From positions 64,001 to 128,000 of the forward strand of contig JBGAIQ010000007.1 in assembly GCA_044225365.1 (NCBI GenBank): DNA of 64,000 bases, given 5' to 3'. Source of the stretch: Planctomycetota bacterium (lineage in GTDB: Bacteria; Planctomycetota; B15-G4; JADJEK01). Below are positions 37,415 to 47,581 of this stretch, piece after piece (position 1 is the first letter of the stretch; every line of letters begins with the position of its first letter). A program made the position numbers and the translations under genes. The notes below the pieces were generated by a model, which saw only the letters and a program-made list of their open reading frames with translations, made no database searches and was not told where the DNA came from.

Positions 37415-38377
37415 CTAGGTTTCTCCTGCGATCAGGACCTTGAGCATGCCGCGCCGTCCTGCGTTCTCGAGGGCCCGATCCGCCTCGGAGAGCGGCCACG
37501 AAGACGCGATCAGGCGCTCGACCGGAATCGTACCGCGATCGAGGGCAAAGAGCGCGGAATCGAACGGTCCACATCGAGAACCGATCACCTGGATCTCGTC
37601 GATGACGACCGGCGCGAGCGAGAGTCGATGTTGCGGGTGACAGGTCGTCTTCAGGACGATCGTTCCGAGCGGCTCCACGAGGGTGAGCGCCCGTTCGAGG
37701 CCGCGCTCGCTCCCGCTCGCGTCCACGACGAGCGAGAATCGCGATTCGCCCGCCGCGAGTCGGTCGTCCACGGCGCGTTCGACGACGTTTCGCGGCCATT
37801 CGATCCGTCCGGGATGGCGTCCGAAGAGAACGACTTCCGCCGCTGCTTCGGCCAGGACGAACACGATCAGGCTTCCGAGTTTGCCGTCCCCGAGGACCGC
37901 GACGCGATCGCCTTTCGAGACCTTCACTTGCTCGAGGATCCGAAGTGCTGCCGCGAGTGGTTCCGCAAAGACGGCCTGCGCGTCGCTCACCCCGGCCGGA
38001 ACGCCGTGCAGGTTTGCGATAGGCAACGTGAACTCATCAGCGAAGACCCCGTCGCGACCGAGGATCCCGAGCACGGTTCGCGAAGCGCAGTGATTTCCGC
38101 GCGAAAGTGCGCAACGCGCGCAGACCCCGCATGGACAATTGATCTCGCCCACCACTCGCCGACCGATCCACGAAGGATCGTCGCACTCGACGACGCTCGC
38201 CACGAATTCGTGGCCGAGGACGCCGCGAAATCCCATGTAACCGCGGGCGATCTCGAGATCGGTGTTGCAGATGCCTGCGAGCCGAAGGGAGAGGCGCGCT
38301 TCACCGAGAAGAAGACGCGGACGTGGCCAGTCGAACTCGAGTCTCGGAGACGAACCGTCGTAGACGAGAGCCTTCAT
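37415..38377 (-). CDS. Zinc-dependent MDR alcohol dehydrogenase
   Basis: GICNTD, GHE, CGVCARC..NHC, GDGKLG, GSRCGPF. Confidence 0.9.
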   Translation of the reverse strand: MKALVYDGSSPRLEFDWPRPRLLLGEARLSLRLAGICNTDLEIARGYMGFRGVLGHEFVASVVECDDPSWIGRRVVGEINCPCGVCARCALSRGNHCASRTVLGILGRDGVFADEFTLPIANLHGVPAGVSDAQAVFAEPLAAALRILEQVKVSKGDRVAVLGDGKLGSLIVFVLAEAAAEVVLFGRHPGRIEWPRNVVERAVDDRLAAGESRFSLVVDASGSERGLERALTLVEPLGTIVLKTTCHPQHRLSLAPVVIDEIQVIGSRCGPFDSALFALDRGTIPVERLIASSWPLSEADRALENAGRRGMLKVLIAGET

Positions 38378-38394
38378 CGCCGAAGGCGCGCTCG

Positions 38395-39636
38395 TCAGCG
38401 CAGCTTGCCGATGACGAGGCAGACGTTGTGTCCGCCGAACCCGAGCGAGTTCGACATCGCGTAGCGCACGTTGCAGTCGCGCGCGGTGCCCGGCACGTAA
38501 TCGAGATCGCAAGCCGGGTCGGGGTTCTCGAGATTGAGCGTCGGATGGACGACTCCGTGGAACACGGTCTTCGCCGTGACCGCAGCCTCGACGGCCGCGG
38601 ACGCACCGAGGAGGTGCCCGATCATCGACTTCGTCGAGGAGACCAGGATCTTCTTGGCGTGATCGCGGAACGCGAGTTTGATCGCGGTCGTCTCGATCGC
38701 GTCGTTGTAGGCGGTCGACGTACCGTGCGCGTTGATGTAGTCGATCTGTTCCGGCTGGATGCCGGCGTCCTTGAGGGCGTGAGCCATCGCCCGCGCGGGT
38801 CCCGTGCCGTCTTCCTTGGGCGCTGTGATGTGGTAGGCGTCAGCGGTGGAGCCGTATCCGAACATCTCGGCGTAGATCCGAGCGCCCCGCCGCTTCGCGT
38901 GTTCGAGCTCTTCGAGCACGAGCATCGCGGCGCCGTCCCCCATCACGAACCCGTCGCGATCGCGATCGAACGGTCGACTCGCCTTCGTCGGGTCGTCGTT
39001 CCGCGTCGAGAGCGCGCGCAAGGCGCAAAAGCCGCCGAGGCCGAGGGGTGTGATCGCGGTCTCCGCGCCGCCCGTCACGATGGCATCCGCCTCGTCGAAC
39101 TGGATCGACTTGAAAGCCATGCCGATCGCGTTGGCCGCCGACGCACAAGCCGAGGCTGTGACGTAGTTCGTGCCCTGCAGCCCGTGGCGGATCGAGATCT
39201 GGCCGGAAACGGCATTGATCATCAGCTTCGGGATGAAGTGCGGGGAGATGCGGCTCGGTCCTCGTTCGAGGTAGACCGAGTGCATCGCCTCGAGTTCGTG
39301 GATGCCGCCGATTCCCGAACCGACGATCACGCCGATTCGCTCCCGGTCGCAGCGATCCAGCACGACCCCGCTGTCCTTCAGGGCCTCGTCGGCGGCGACG
39401 ATGCCGTACTGGGCGAACGGGTCGAGCTTCTTCGATTCGATCGGCGCGAAGAACTTGTCGGGAGAGTACTCCCGGCATTCGCCCGCGAATCTCGTCGGGA
39501 AGGCGCTGGCATCGAAGCGCGTGATCGGGCCGACTCCGCTCTTGCCTTGGCAGAGTCCTTCCCAGGTCTTGTCCATCCCAATGCCGAGCGACGTCAAGCC
39601 GCCGACACCGGTGATCACAACGCGTCGCTTTGCCAT
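38395..39636 (-). CDS. fabF: Beta-ketoacyl-ACP synthase II
   Basis: SACAS, NAHGTST, STKSMIGHLLGA, NSLGFGGHN. Confidence 0.97.
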   Translation of the reverse strand: MAKRRVVITGVGGLTSLGIGMDKTWEGLCQGKSGVGPITRFDASAFPTRFAGECREYSPDKFFAPIESKKLDPFAQYGIVAADEALKDSGVVLDRCDRERIGVIVGSGIGGIHELEAMHSVYLERGPSRISPHFIPKLMINAVSGQISIRHGLQGTNYVTASACASAANAIGMAFKSIQFDEADAIVTGGAETAITPLGLGGFCALRALSTRNDDPTKASRPFDRDRDGFVMGDGAAMLVLEELEHAKRRGARIYAEMFGYGSTADAYHITAPKEDGTGPARAMAHALKDAGIQPEQIDYINAHGTSTAYNDAIETTAIKLAFRDHAKKILVSSTKSMIGHLLGASAAVEAAVTAKTVFHGVVHPTLNLENPDPACDLDYVPGTARDCNVRYAMSNSLGFGGHNVCLVIGKLR

Positions 39637-39791
39637 CGGTGATACCCATCTACGACGGAACGCCGGCCGAGTCCGGAGACTCGAGGGCGCCCGTCGTTCG
39701 TTGGAACGAGAAAGTCATCAGCACGACTGCTGCCGCATGAAACGCTTTTTGGGGCGCGCCGTGCGTGGGCGGTCGGAGCCGTGGATCCGAA

Positions 39792-40031
39792 TCAGCCGAC
39801 TCGCTTCTTGATGTAGTCGACTGCATCTCCGACGGTCTGGATCTTCTCCGCGTCTTCGTCGGGGATGTTGATATCGAATTCGTCCTCGAACTCCATCACG
39901 AGCTCCACGGTGTCGAGAGAATCGGCACCGAGGTCATTGATGAACGACGTAGCCGTTTGGATCTTGTCCCGGCTAGCGCCCATCTGCTCGCAGACGATGT
40001 TGATGACGCGCTCCTCAATCGTTGCGCTCAC
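39792..40031 (-). CDS. acpP: Acyl carrier protein
   Basis: [20 protein letters not shown]; GTG start with AAGGAG RBS. Confidence 0.97.
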   Translation of the reverse strand: MSATIEERVINIVCEQMGASRDKIQTATSFINDLGADSLDTVELVMEFEDEFDINIPDEDAEKIQTVGDAVDYIKKRVG

Positions 40032-40182
40032 GAGGCACTCCTTACAACACTTCGAGACGTCCGCTCTGAACACGACTTGCCGGCGGCACGCCAAGCGGAG
40101 TATTCAAGTTTCTGGGACGGCGCATTTCAACGCTTTTCTCCGTGCCGGCGTCGGGAGACGGAAGCTGCGCCGAGTGAATTCT

Positions 40183-40935
40183 TTACATCGCCATGCCGCC
40201 ATCGACGGCAAGGACTTGTCCTGTCACGTAGGCTCCGAGGTCCGACGCCAAATAGAGAACCGCGTGCGCGATCGCCTCGGGTTCGCCGAAACGCGCGAGC
40301 GGGATCTCCTTGAGCGACGCCTGCTTGATTTCTTCGGAAAGGCCCGTGGTCATGTCGGTCGTGATGAAACCGGGCGCGATTGCATTCGCGGTGATCCCGC
40401 GGCCGCCCAATTCCTTCGCGAGGGACTTGGTGAATCCCACGATGCCCGCCTTGCTCGCAGCGTAGTTCGCCTGGCCGGCGTTGCCCATGAGCCCCACCAC
40501 CGAAGTGATGTTCACGATGCGACCGCTGCGTTGCTTCGTCATCGGCCGAGCCGCCGCACGACACGTGTAGAACGTGCCCTTCAAATTGACGGCGAGGACC
40601 CGCTCGAAGTCTTCGTCGCTCATTCGCATGAGCAGGCCGTCCTTCGTGATCCCGGCGTTGTTCACCAGGATGTCGAGTTTCGAGAACGCGGCGATCGTCT
40701 GGTCCACCGCACTTGCGGCCTGATCGGAAGAGGCGACGTCGCATCCGATCCCGATCGCGCGCACGCCGAACGCAGCACACTCCTTGGCGACCACTTCAGC
40801 GCGGTCGACCGCAGTCGCGAGACACGCGACGTTCGCGCCGGCCTTTGCGAGCTCGAGCGCGATCGCCCGCCCGATGCCTCGCGAGGCTCCGGTGACGAGA
40901 GCGGACTTGCCGCCGAGATCGATGCCAATCGTCAT
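40183..40935 (-). CDS. fabG: 3-oxoacyl-ACP reductase
   Basis: TGASRGIG, NNAGIT, YAASKAG, APGFI. Confidence 0.96.
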   Translation of the reverse strand: MTIGIDLGGKSALVTGASRGIGRAIALELAKAGANVACLATAVDRAEVVAKECAAFGVRAIGIGCDVASSDQAASAVDQTIAAFSKLDILVNNAGITKDGLLMRMSDEDFERVLAVNLKGTFYTCRAAARPMTKQRSGRIVNITSVVGLMGNAGQANYAASKAGIVGFTKSLAKELGGRGITANAIAPGFITTDMTTGLSEEIKQASLKEIPLARFGEPEAIAHAVLYLASDLGAYVTGQVLAVDGGMAM

Positions 40936-40996
40936 GCCGTCCTCCGCGCCAAGGCGCCAGCTCGGACCAGGAACGCGCGCTCGTGCGAAGCGGGTC

Positions 40997-41923
40997 TCAT
41001 GCGTACGCCTCGAGCTGCGCTGCCGTCGCTACGTTGAGGAGCGATGCCTCTGGCGCAGCCTTCTTCAGGAGGCCGGTGAGGACGCTCCCCGGAGCGGGTT
41101 CGACGAAGGTCTTCACGCCGAGTTTCAGGAAGGCCGTCATCGTGTCCTCCCAGCGCACCGGGTTCGTGACTTGTTCCGCGAGATTCTGGCGAATCGCTTC
41201 GGGATCGCGCACGAAATCTCCCGTGACGTTCGTCGCGAACGGAACCTCGGGCGCACGAATCGTGACCTTCGCCAATGCATCACGGAGCTTCTGCGTCGCT
41301 GTCGCCATGAGCGGCGAGTGGAACGCGCCAGCGACCTTCAAGCGCATGCAACGTCGAATGCCGAGTTCCTTCGCCTTGCTTTCAGCGAGGTCGAGGGCCG
41401 CGAGGGAACCGGAGATCGCGACGTTGCCAGCGGCCAGGAAATTGGCGGCGACCAGGACTCCCGCCGCGGATCCGACCTTCGCGAGTTCGATCGCCTGCTC
41501 GCGCGAAGCTCCGAGCAACGACATCATCCCGCTCGGATTCTGCGTCGAAGCTTCCTGCATCGCCTGTCCGCGCAATCGTACGAGGCGCAGCGCATCGTCC
41601 AACTCGAGACTCCCGGCGAACCATAGCGCGGTGTACTCGCCGAGCGAGAGGCCGGACGTCGCCGCGAAGTCGGAGCGCTTCAATCCCTTCTTCTGCTCCA
41701 GCGCGGTCACGACCGCGGCGCTCGTCGCGAGGATCGCCGGCTGGCAGACGTCCGTCGCCTCGAGCGCCTCTGCGGGTCCCTCGAGACAGAGCGAAAGCAG
41801 GTCGAATCCAAGCACCTGGTTCGCACGCTCCAGCACGTGCTTGCTCGCCGGGACGGCTTCGAGGATCTCTCGAGCCATTCCGGGATGCTGAGCACCCTGG
41901 CCTGGAAAGACGATCGCGCGCAT
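40997..41923 (-). CDS. fabD: Malonyl-CoA-ACP transacylase
   Basis: FPGQG, GLSLGEY, GAFHS. Confidence 0.96.
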   Translation of the reverse strand: MRAIVFPGQGAQHPGMAREILEAVPASKHVLERANQVLGFDLLSLCLEGPAEALEATDVCQPAILATSAAVVTALEQKKGLKRSDFAATSGLSLGEYTALWFAGSLELDDALRLVRLRGQAMQEASTQNPSGMMSLLGASREQAIELAKVGSAAGVLVAANFLAAGNVAISGSLAALDLAESKAKELGIRRCMRLKVAGAFHSPLMATATQKLRDALAKVTIRAPEVPFATNVTGDFVRDPEAIRQNLAEQVTNPVRWEDTMTAFLKLGVKTFVEPAPGSVLTGLLKKAAPEASLLNVATAAQLEAYA

Positions 41924-42026
41924 TCTGCTCTGTTCCTCGTTCGTACGGGATCTTGGATCTGGTTCAGCATCGCGCGCATGGGCGAACATCGCCGGCGCAC
42001 GATTGGTCAGGAGCGGGTCGCCTCGA

Positions 42027-43016
42027 TCACCACTTGATCGCGACCGAACCCCAAGTGAGGCCGGCTCCGAAGGCGCACATCACGACGAGCTTGCCGTCCT
42101 TGCCCTCGAGCTTGCCGCCGCGCCAGGCTTCGTCGAACGCGATGGGAATCGACGCCGCCGAAGTGTTCCCGTAGTGATGGATGTTCACGTATACGTTCTC
42201 GGCGGGCAGCGAAAGACGCTCGACGGCGGACTCGATGATCCGCAAGTTCACCTGGTGCGGAATGACGTAGCCGAGTTCGAGCTCGCCGTGTCGCGCGCGC
42301 GCGTCGTCGATCAGCTCGACGAACTTCGAAACGGCGAACTTGTAGACCTCCCGGCCGCGGAGCTGCATGAATTGCTGGCGTGCGGCGATCGTCTCGAGCG
42401 ACGAGGGCTGCGCCGTCCCGCCGGCGGGGATGTAGATCACGTCGTAGCCCTCGCCCTCCGCGTGGAGTTCCGTCGAGAGCAACTCACCGTGCTGGAACTG
42501 CGAGGACACGATCACCGCTCCAGCGCCATCGCCGAACAGGATGCACGATCCTCGATCGTTGTAGTCCGTGATGCGCGACAGAGTCTCGACGCCGATCACG
42601 AGCACGTTGTCCGCAGCGCCGGTGGCGACGAATTGCTTCGCGGTCGTGAGCGCGTACATGAATCCCGAGCAGGCCGCGGAGACGTCGAACGCACCGACCT
42701 CCGGCGCACCAAGGTTCTTCTGAACGAGACACGCGGTGGACGGGAAGATGAAGTCGCCGGAGACGGTCGCGCAGATGATGAGACCGATGTCCTTCGCCTC
42801 TAGGCCCGCCGCCTCGAGGGCGCGCTTCGCCGCCGCCGTCGCCATATCGGACGACTTGACGCCCGTCGGTGCAATCCGACGTTCCTTGATCCCGGTGCGC
42901 GACGTGATCCACTCGTCGTTGGTGTCGACCATCTTTGCGAGGTCGTCGTTCGACAACACGCGTTCCGGTACGCACGATCCCGAGCCGCGGATTCCGACGC
43001 GCCGTAGGGCCGTCAT
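42027..43016 (-). CDS. fabH: Beta-ketoacyl-ACP synthase III
   Basis: AACSGF, FGDGAGA, PHQVN, YGNTSAASIP. Confidence 0.96.
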   Translation of the reverse strand: MTALRRVGIRGSGSCVPERVLSNDDLAKMVDTNDEWITSRTGIKERRIAPTGVKSSDMATAAAKRALEAAGLEAKDIGLIICATVSGDFIFPSTACLVQKNLGAPEVGAFDVSAACSGFMYALTTAKQFVATGAADNVLVIGVETLSRITDYNDRGSCILFGDGAGAVIVSSQFQHGELLSTELHAEGEGYDVIYIPAGGTAQPSSLETIAARQQFMQLRGREVYKFAVSKFVELIDDARARHGELELGYVIPHQVNLRIIESAVERLSLPAENVYVNIHHYGNTSAASIPIAFDEAWRGGKLEGKDGKLVVMCAFGAGLTWGSVAIKW

Positions 43017-44062
43017 TTCTCGACTCCGGCTTCCCCCTGAACGGGTCGCGGCGGCCGACTCTCGAGACCCGCGACGATGTGCTTGTTGACGTCGGCGACG
43101 ATCGACTGCTTCGCGACCTTCAACGCGTTCGCGATGGCGCGACGATCCGATCGTCCATGGCTGATGAACACCGAGCCGTCGACGCCGAGCAGAGGCGCGC
43201 CGCCGTACTCCGCATAGTCCGTCTTCGCAAGAACGGACTTCGCCACCTTCTTCCAGACCGGCGGCGTGCCGCCCGGCCCGGGTTGGTTCATCTCGGGGTG
43301 CCGCATCATCTCGCCGGAGAAGAGTTCGACCATGAACGACCCCAGTCCCTCCGAGACCTTGAGGACGACGTTCCCGACGAACCCCTCGCAGACGATCACG
43401 TCGGAGCGGCCGGCAAAGACGTCGTTGCCTTCGATGTTGCCGATGAAGTTGAGCGGCGATCCGTCGAAGAGGTCGCGCGTCGCCTTGATCAACGGAATGC
43501 CCTTGGCATCCTCCTCACCGATGTTGAGCAGCGCGACGCGAGGCCGGTCGAGCTTGTACACGCCTGCCATGTAGCAGGAGGCCATCTCACCGTACGTGTA
43601 GAGATCCTCTGGTTGGCAGTGGATGTTCGCCCCGACGTCGATCAGGGTGCAGGGTCCCCCCGCCGTAGCGAACGTGACCGCGATCCCGGGTCGGCGCACC
43701 CTCGGCAGCAAGCCGATGATCAGTGTCGCCGCCCCCACCATCGCGCCGGTGTTCCCGGCGGACACGATGCCGTCGATCTTCTTCTCGCGAATCAGTTTCG
43801 ACGCGACGACGATCGTCGAGTTCTTCTTCCGTCGCAGGGCCTGCGCCGGATGTTCGTCCATCTCGATGTTCTCGGGAGCGTGGACGATCTCGAAGGACGG
43901 CGCCCCTTTGTGCTTGCCGAGTTCGGTGCGCAGCAGCGTCTCGTCGCCGAAGAGGACGCATTCCTCCTGGCTCAAGAACCCTTGCTGGACGGCCAGGACG
44001 GCGCCGGCGATCGTTTCGACCGGCGCGTGATCACCACCCAAAGCATCGAGCGCGATTCTCAT
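43013..44062 (-). CDS. plsX: Phosphate acyltransferase PlsX
   Basis: ALDALGGD, SAGNTGA, DVGAN, NIGEE..KG, YGGAPLLG, HGRS. Confidence 0.96.
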   Translation of the reverse strand: MRIALDALGGDHAPVETIAGAVLAVQQGFLSQEECVLFGDETLLRTELGKHKGAPSFEIVHAPENIEMDEHPAQALRRKKNSTIVVASKLIREKKIDGIVSAGNTGAMVGAATLIIGLLPRVRRPGIAVTFATAGGPCTLIDVGANIHCQPEDLYTYGEMASCYMAGVYKLDRPRVALLNIGEEDAKGIPLIKATRDLFDGSPLNFIGNIEGNDVFAGRSDVIVCEGFVGNVVLKVSEGLGSFMVELFSGEMMRHPEMNQPGPGGTPPVWKKVAKSVLAKTDYAEYGGAPLLGVDGSVFISHGRSDRRAIANALKVAKQSIVADVNKHIVAGLESRPPRPVQGEAGVEK

Positions 44063-44267
44063 GGAGAACCCCAAGAACGCCAACGCGCGCTTCTTCGAAA
44101 ACCAGAAGGAACGGGAAGACTGCGCCGATACAAGCTCATCCGGCTCGTCCGGCTCGTCCGGACTCGGGTCGCACGACCCGGTGTCGCGGCGAGGTCGGGA
44201 AAGCGGAGGCGGTCGTGGCCGTCACCGGCGACGCGATGAGCCCCCACTCCTCTCCCGAAGCACCGGT

Positions 44268-44453
44268 TCAGGGCTCGAGCGGCTTCGGCAGGACCTCGAC
44301 TCCGTCGTAGTAGCCGCACGCATCGCAAATGGCGTGGGCCTTCTTCACGGAACCACAACGAGCGCAGCTCGCGACGGCGGGCTTCGCAATACGAAGATGC
44401 GAGCGACGGATGCGCTTGCGATGCTTCGACGTTCTTCTCTTCGGTACGGCCAT
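44268..44453 (-). CDS. rpmF: 50S ribosomal protein L32
   Basis: MAVPKRRTS, CxxC..CxxCGYY. Confidence 0.97.
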   Translation of the reverse strand: MAVPKRRTSKHRKRIRRSHLRIAKPAVASCARCGSVKKAHAICDACGYYDGVEVLPKPLEP

Positions 44454-44630
44454 CGGTCTTGCCTCGATGTCGGTCGCTGAAGGGGCTTGGACGCAGTCGT
44501 CTTTGCGCCGACTACAAAACCCGAACAGCCTAAGAATTATCCGCTTCGGATCAACTGATTTCCGATCGGAAGCGCGTTCCGATCGCAGGTCGCGAACTCG
44601 TGCGAGATCTCCACATGCCCGCAGTCGGCG

Positions 44631-47321
44631 TCAGGACAATGCGGTTGCGATCGAAGCCGCCACCCGCACGAAGACGCCGTCGAATGCGGAGAGGCGATCT
44701 CCAGGGAATTGCCCCTGCGCGAGTTCTGGCCGACCGCCACCGCCGCCGCCCAACTCCTTGCAGAGGGCACGACAGACATCGCCGGCCTTGATGCCTCGCG
44801 CCACCGCGGGCTTTCCGCACGCCACGACGACGGAAGCACCACCGTCGACGAGCCCGACGAGCACGGCCACCGCAGCCGGATGCTCCTTCAGCAGCCGATC
44901 GGTGAGCGCGCGCAGCTCCTCATGACCCGCACCTTCGACGCGGCCCGTGAACAACGAACCGTGCGCGTGTTGCTGGCCTTGGCTCACGATCGAGTCGAAC
45001 GAAGCGAGTGCCGCCTCCCGTTTGCCCTTCGCGATCTCCTTCTCGAGTCGCGCCTTCTCGGCGAGAAGGCCTTCGACTCGCGACGGCAATTCGTCCTCGC
45101 GCGCCTTCAGCATCTCGCTGAGCGATGCGCCGAGGGCGTACTTTTCGCGGATCGCGCGCAGCGCTCCACGACCCGTGATCGCGACGATGCGACGAACGCC
45201 GGCTGCGATCGCCGCGTCGGAGACGATCTTGAAGACGCCGATCTGGCCCGTCCGATCGCAGTGGGTCCCACCGCAGAGTTCCACCGAGTCGTAGGAACGG
45301 TCCGTTCCGTCGTCGGCGACCGCAACGACGCGAACGCGATCGCCATACTTCTCGCCGAACAACGCCATCGCTCCCTGCGCGCGTGCCTCGGTGAACGACT
45401 TCTCGCTCTTGCCGACTCCGAGATCCTTCAGGACCTGCGCGTTGACCAGTTCCTCGATCTGCTCCAACTGTGCAGCGGTGGGCGCGTGTTTCGACGTGTA
45501 GTCGAACCGCAGGTAGTCGGCATGGACGAGCGAACCCGCTTGCGTGGTTTCGGCACCGACGACTCGCCGCAGCGCCCAGTGCAGGAGATGCGTCGCGGTG
45601 TGGTTCCGCATCGTGTCGGCGCGACGCTCGCTGTCGACGCGTGCGTTCAACTTCGCTCCGACGGTCAATTCGCCGCGTTCGAGGCTGCCGACATGGAAGT
45701 GGTACTTCTCCGCCTTCTTCGTGTCGCGCACTCGGAACGAGCAGGACGTCGACTCGAGCAGGCCGACATCGCCGACCTGACCGCCGCTCTCGGCATAGAA
45801 CGGTGTGCGATCGAGGATCACCGTGAAGGCCGCATTGCCCTTCGCGCGCTCGACCAGCTCGCCGGAATCGTCGAGGATGGCGAGAACGGTCGATGCGTCG
45901 CTCCCCTTCGCTTCGTGAAGGTCGTAACCGGTGAAGGTCGTCTCGGCGACCCTTCCCTTCAGCTTGCTCGCGGGACCGGTGCCGAAGATGTCGCCGCCCA
46001 TCTGTGAACCCGCTCGCGCCCGTTCACGCTGCCCTTCCATGAGGGCATCGAACTCGCGATCATCGACCGCCACGCCGCGCTCCTCGCTGTAGCGCTTCGT
46101 GATGTCGAACGGCAGACCGACCGTGTCCCACAGGAAGAAGACCTTCTCGCCCGAGAGCTTCTTCTCGCCGGAGCGCGTCGCTTCCTCGAGATAGCCCTTC
46201 AGCTTCTCCGTGCCCTGAACGTAGACCTCCGCGAATCGCGTCTCGTCGAAGTCGATCGTGTCTGCGATCAGACCCTGATGTTCACGAATCTCCGGATACT
46301 GCTTCCCCATCGCCTCCGCGATCCCGGGAACGATGTGCTTCAATCGCGGCTCGGTCACGCCGAGTTCGCGAAGGTCCATCGATGCGCGACGAATGACCTT
46401 GCGCACGATGTAGCCGCGGCCTTCGTTGCCCGGGCGGACGCCGTCGGAGATGCAGAACGATGCGGCGCGCACGTGATCCGCGATCCGTCGGATGCGGACG
46501 TCATCGGTCGCGTTCTCGCCGTAGCGCTTCTTCGAGACGTCCCCGATCGCCTTCACGATCGGAGCGAACAGATCCGTGTCGTAGTTCGTGGCCTTCCCCT
46601 GCATCACCCGAACGATGCGTTCGAATCCCATCCCGGTGTCGATGTTCTTGCGGGGCAGGGGCTCGAGCTTGTTGACGTCGATGCGGTTGAACTGCGTGAA
46701 GACGAGGTTCCACACCTCGACGTAGCGCTTGTTGTCGTTCGCCGGATCCGACTCGAGGGGTTTCTTGGTCGTCGCTTCGGGACCGAAGTCGAAATAGATC
46801 TCGGAGCATGGACCACAGGGGCCATTCGGGCCCTTGCTCGGCGCCTCCGCGGGCCAGAAGTTGTCGCTCTCGCCGAAGCGCCAGATGCGGTCCTTGCGAA
46901 ACCCGATCTCCTTCTCCCAGATCAAGGCCGCTTCGTCATCCTCGAGGTAGACCGTGACCGCGAGCCGCTCGCGCGGCAGGCCGAGTTCCTTCTCGAGGAA
47001 CTCGATCGCCCAGCCGATCGCCTCACGCTTGAAGTAGTCGCCGAACGAGAAGTTCCCGAGCATCTCGAAGAAAGTGTGGTGCGACGGCGTGCGCCCGACG
47101 TTGTCGAGGTCCGGCATGCGGATGCACTTCTGACTCGATGTCGCTCGCTTCAGATCCGGCGGGCCCTTGCCGAGGAACGCATCCTTGAATTGATTCATGC
47201 CCGCGCCCGTGAACAGGACGGAGGCATCCCCTTCCGGAACGAGTGAATCGGACGCGAAGAGCTTGTGACCACGCTTCACGAAGAAGTCGAGGTAGCGGGA
47301 GCGAAGGGAATCGGCGTTCAT
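44631..47321 (-). CDS. alaS: Alanine--tRNA ligase
   Basis: AGMNQFK, HHTFFEMLGNFSFGDYFK, DTGMGFER, HTATHLLH, ELCGGTH, GGGGG DHHA1 domain. Confidence 0.98.
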   Translation of the reverse strand: MNADSLRSRYLDFFVKRGHKLFASDSLVPEGDASVLFTGAGMNQFKDAFLGKGPPDLKRATSSQKCIRMPDLDNVGRTPSHHTFFEMLGNFSFGDYFKREAIGWAIEFLEKELGLPRERLAVTVYLEDDEAALIWEKEIGFRKDRIWRFGESDNFWPAEAPSKGPNGPCGPCSEIYFDFGPEATTKKPLESDPANDNKRYVEVWNLVFTQFNRIDVNKLEPLPRKNIDTGMGFERIVRVMQGKATNYDTDLFAPIVKAIGDVSKKRYGENATDDVRIRRIADHVRAASFCISDGVRPGNEGRGYIVRKVIRRASMDLRELGVTEPRLKHIVPGIAEAMGKQYPEIREHQGLIADTIDFDETRFAEVYVQGTEKLKGYLEEATRSGEKKLSGEKVFFLWDTVGLPFDITKRYSEERGVAVDDREFDALMEGQRERARAGSQMGGDIFGTGPASKLKGRVAETTFTGYDLHEAKGSDASTVLAILDDSGELVERAKGNAAFTVILDRTPFYAESGGQVGDVGLLESTSCSFRVRDTKKAEKYHFHVGSLERGELTVGAKLNARVDSERRADTMRNHTATHLLHWALRRVVGAETTQAGSLVHADYLRFDYTSKHAPTAAQLEQIEELVNAQVLKDLGVGKSEKSFTEARAQGAMALFGEKYGDRVRVVAVADDGTDRSYDSVELCGGTHCDRTGQIGVFKIVSDAAIAAGVRRIVAITGRGALRAIREKYALGASLSEMLKAREDELPSRVEGLLAEKARLEKEIAKGKREAALASFDSIVSQGQQHAHGSLFTGRVEGAGHEELRALTDRLLKEHPAAVAVLVGLVDGGASVVVACGKPAVARGIKAGDVCRALCKELGGGGGGRPELAQGQFPGDRLSAFDGVFVRVAASIATALS

Positions 47322-47581
47322 CGGGAGTTTCACTTCATCGCGCGCGTCGCGGTGAAGCCGGATGAAGCTTCGTGACGCGTGCGCGATCGGACAAAACCGC
47401 GACTTTACCATCGCCCTTTGGCGGTTGGCCATCGGCGGTTAGCGGTTGCGCGGGGAGATTGCGCGAATTCGGGCCCCGGGAGCCGCGGGGCTCCCGGGGA
47501 GGAAGAGGAGGAGACGAGAGGAATGCCGCGCTGGAGCGCGGCGGTCCATTGCGGCGGTCGAGCGCGCCAGGTCGGATGCGC

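Noticed and set aside
44140-44182. Short CGGCTCGTC repeats between rpmF and plsX
   Set aside because: Only two to three degenerate copies in GC-rich spacer DNA; no supportable function.
44454-44630. No yceD/DUF177 before rpmF, and no recX between recA and alaS
   Set aside because: Common lineage variation; I saw no remnant ORF.
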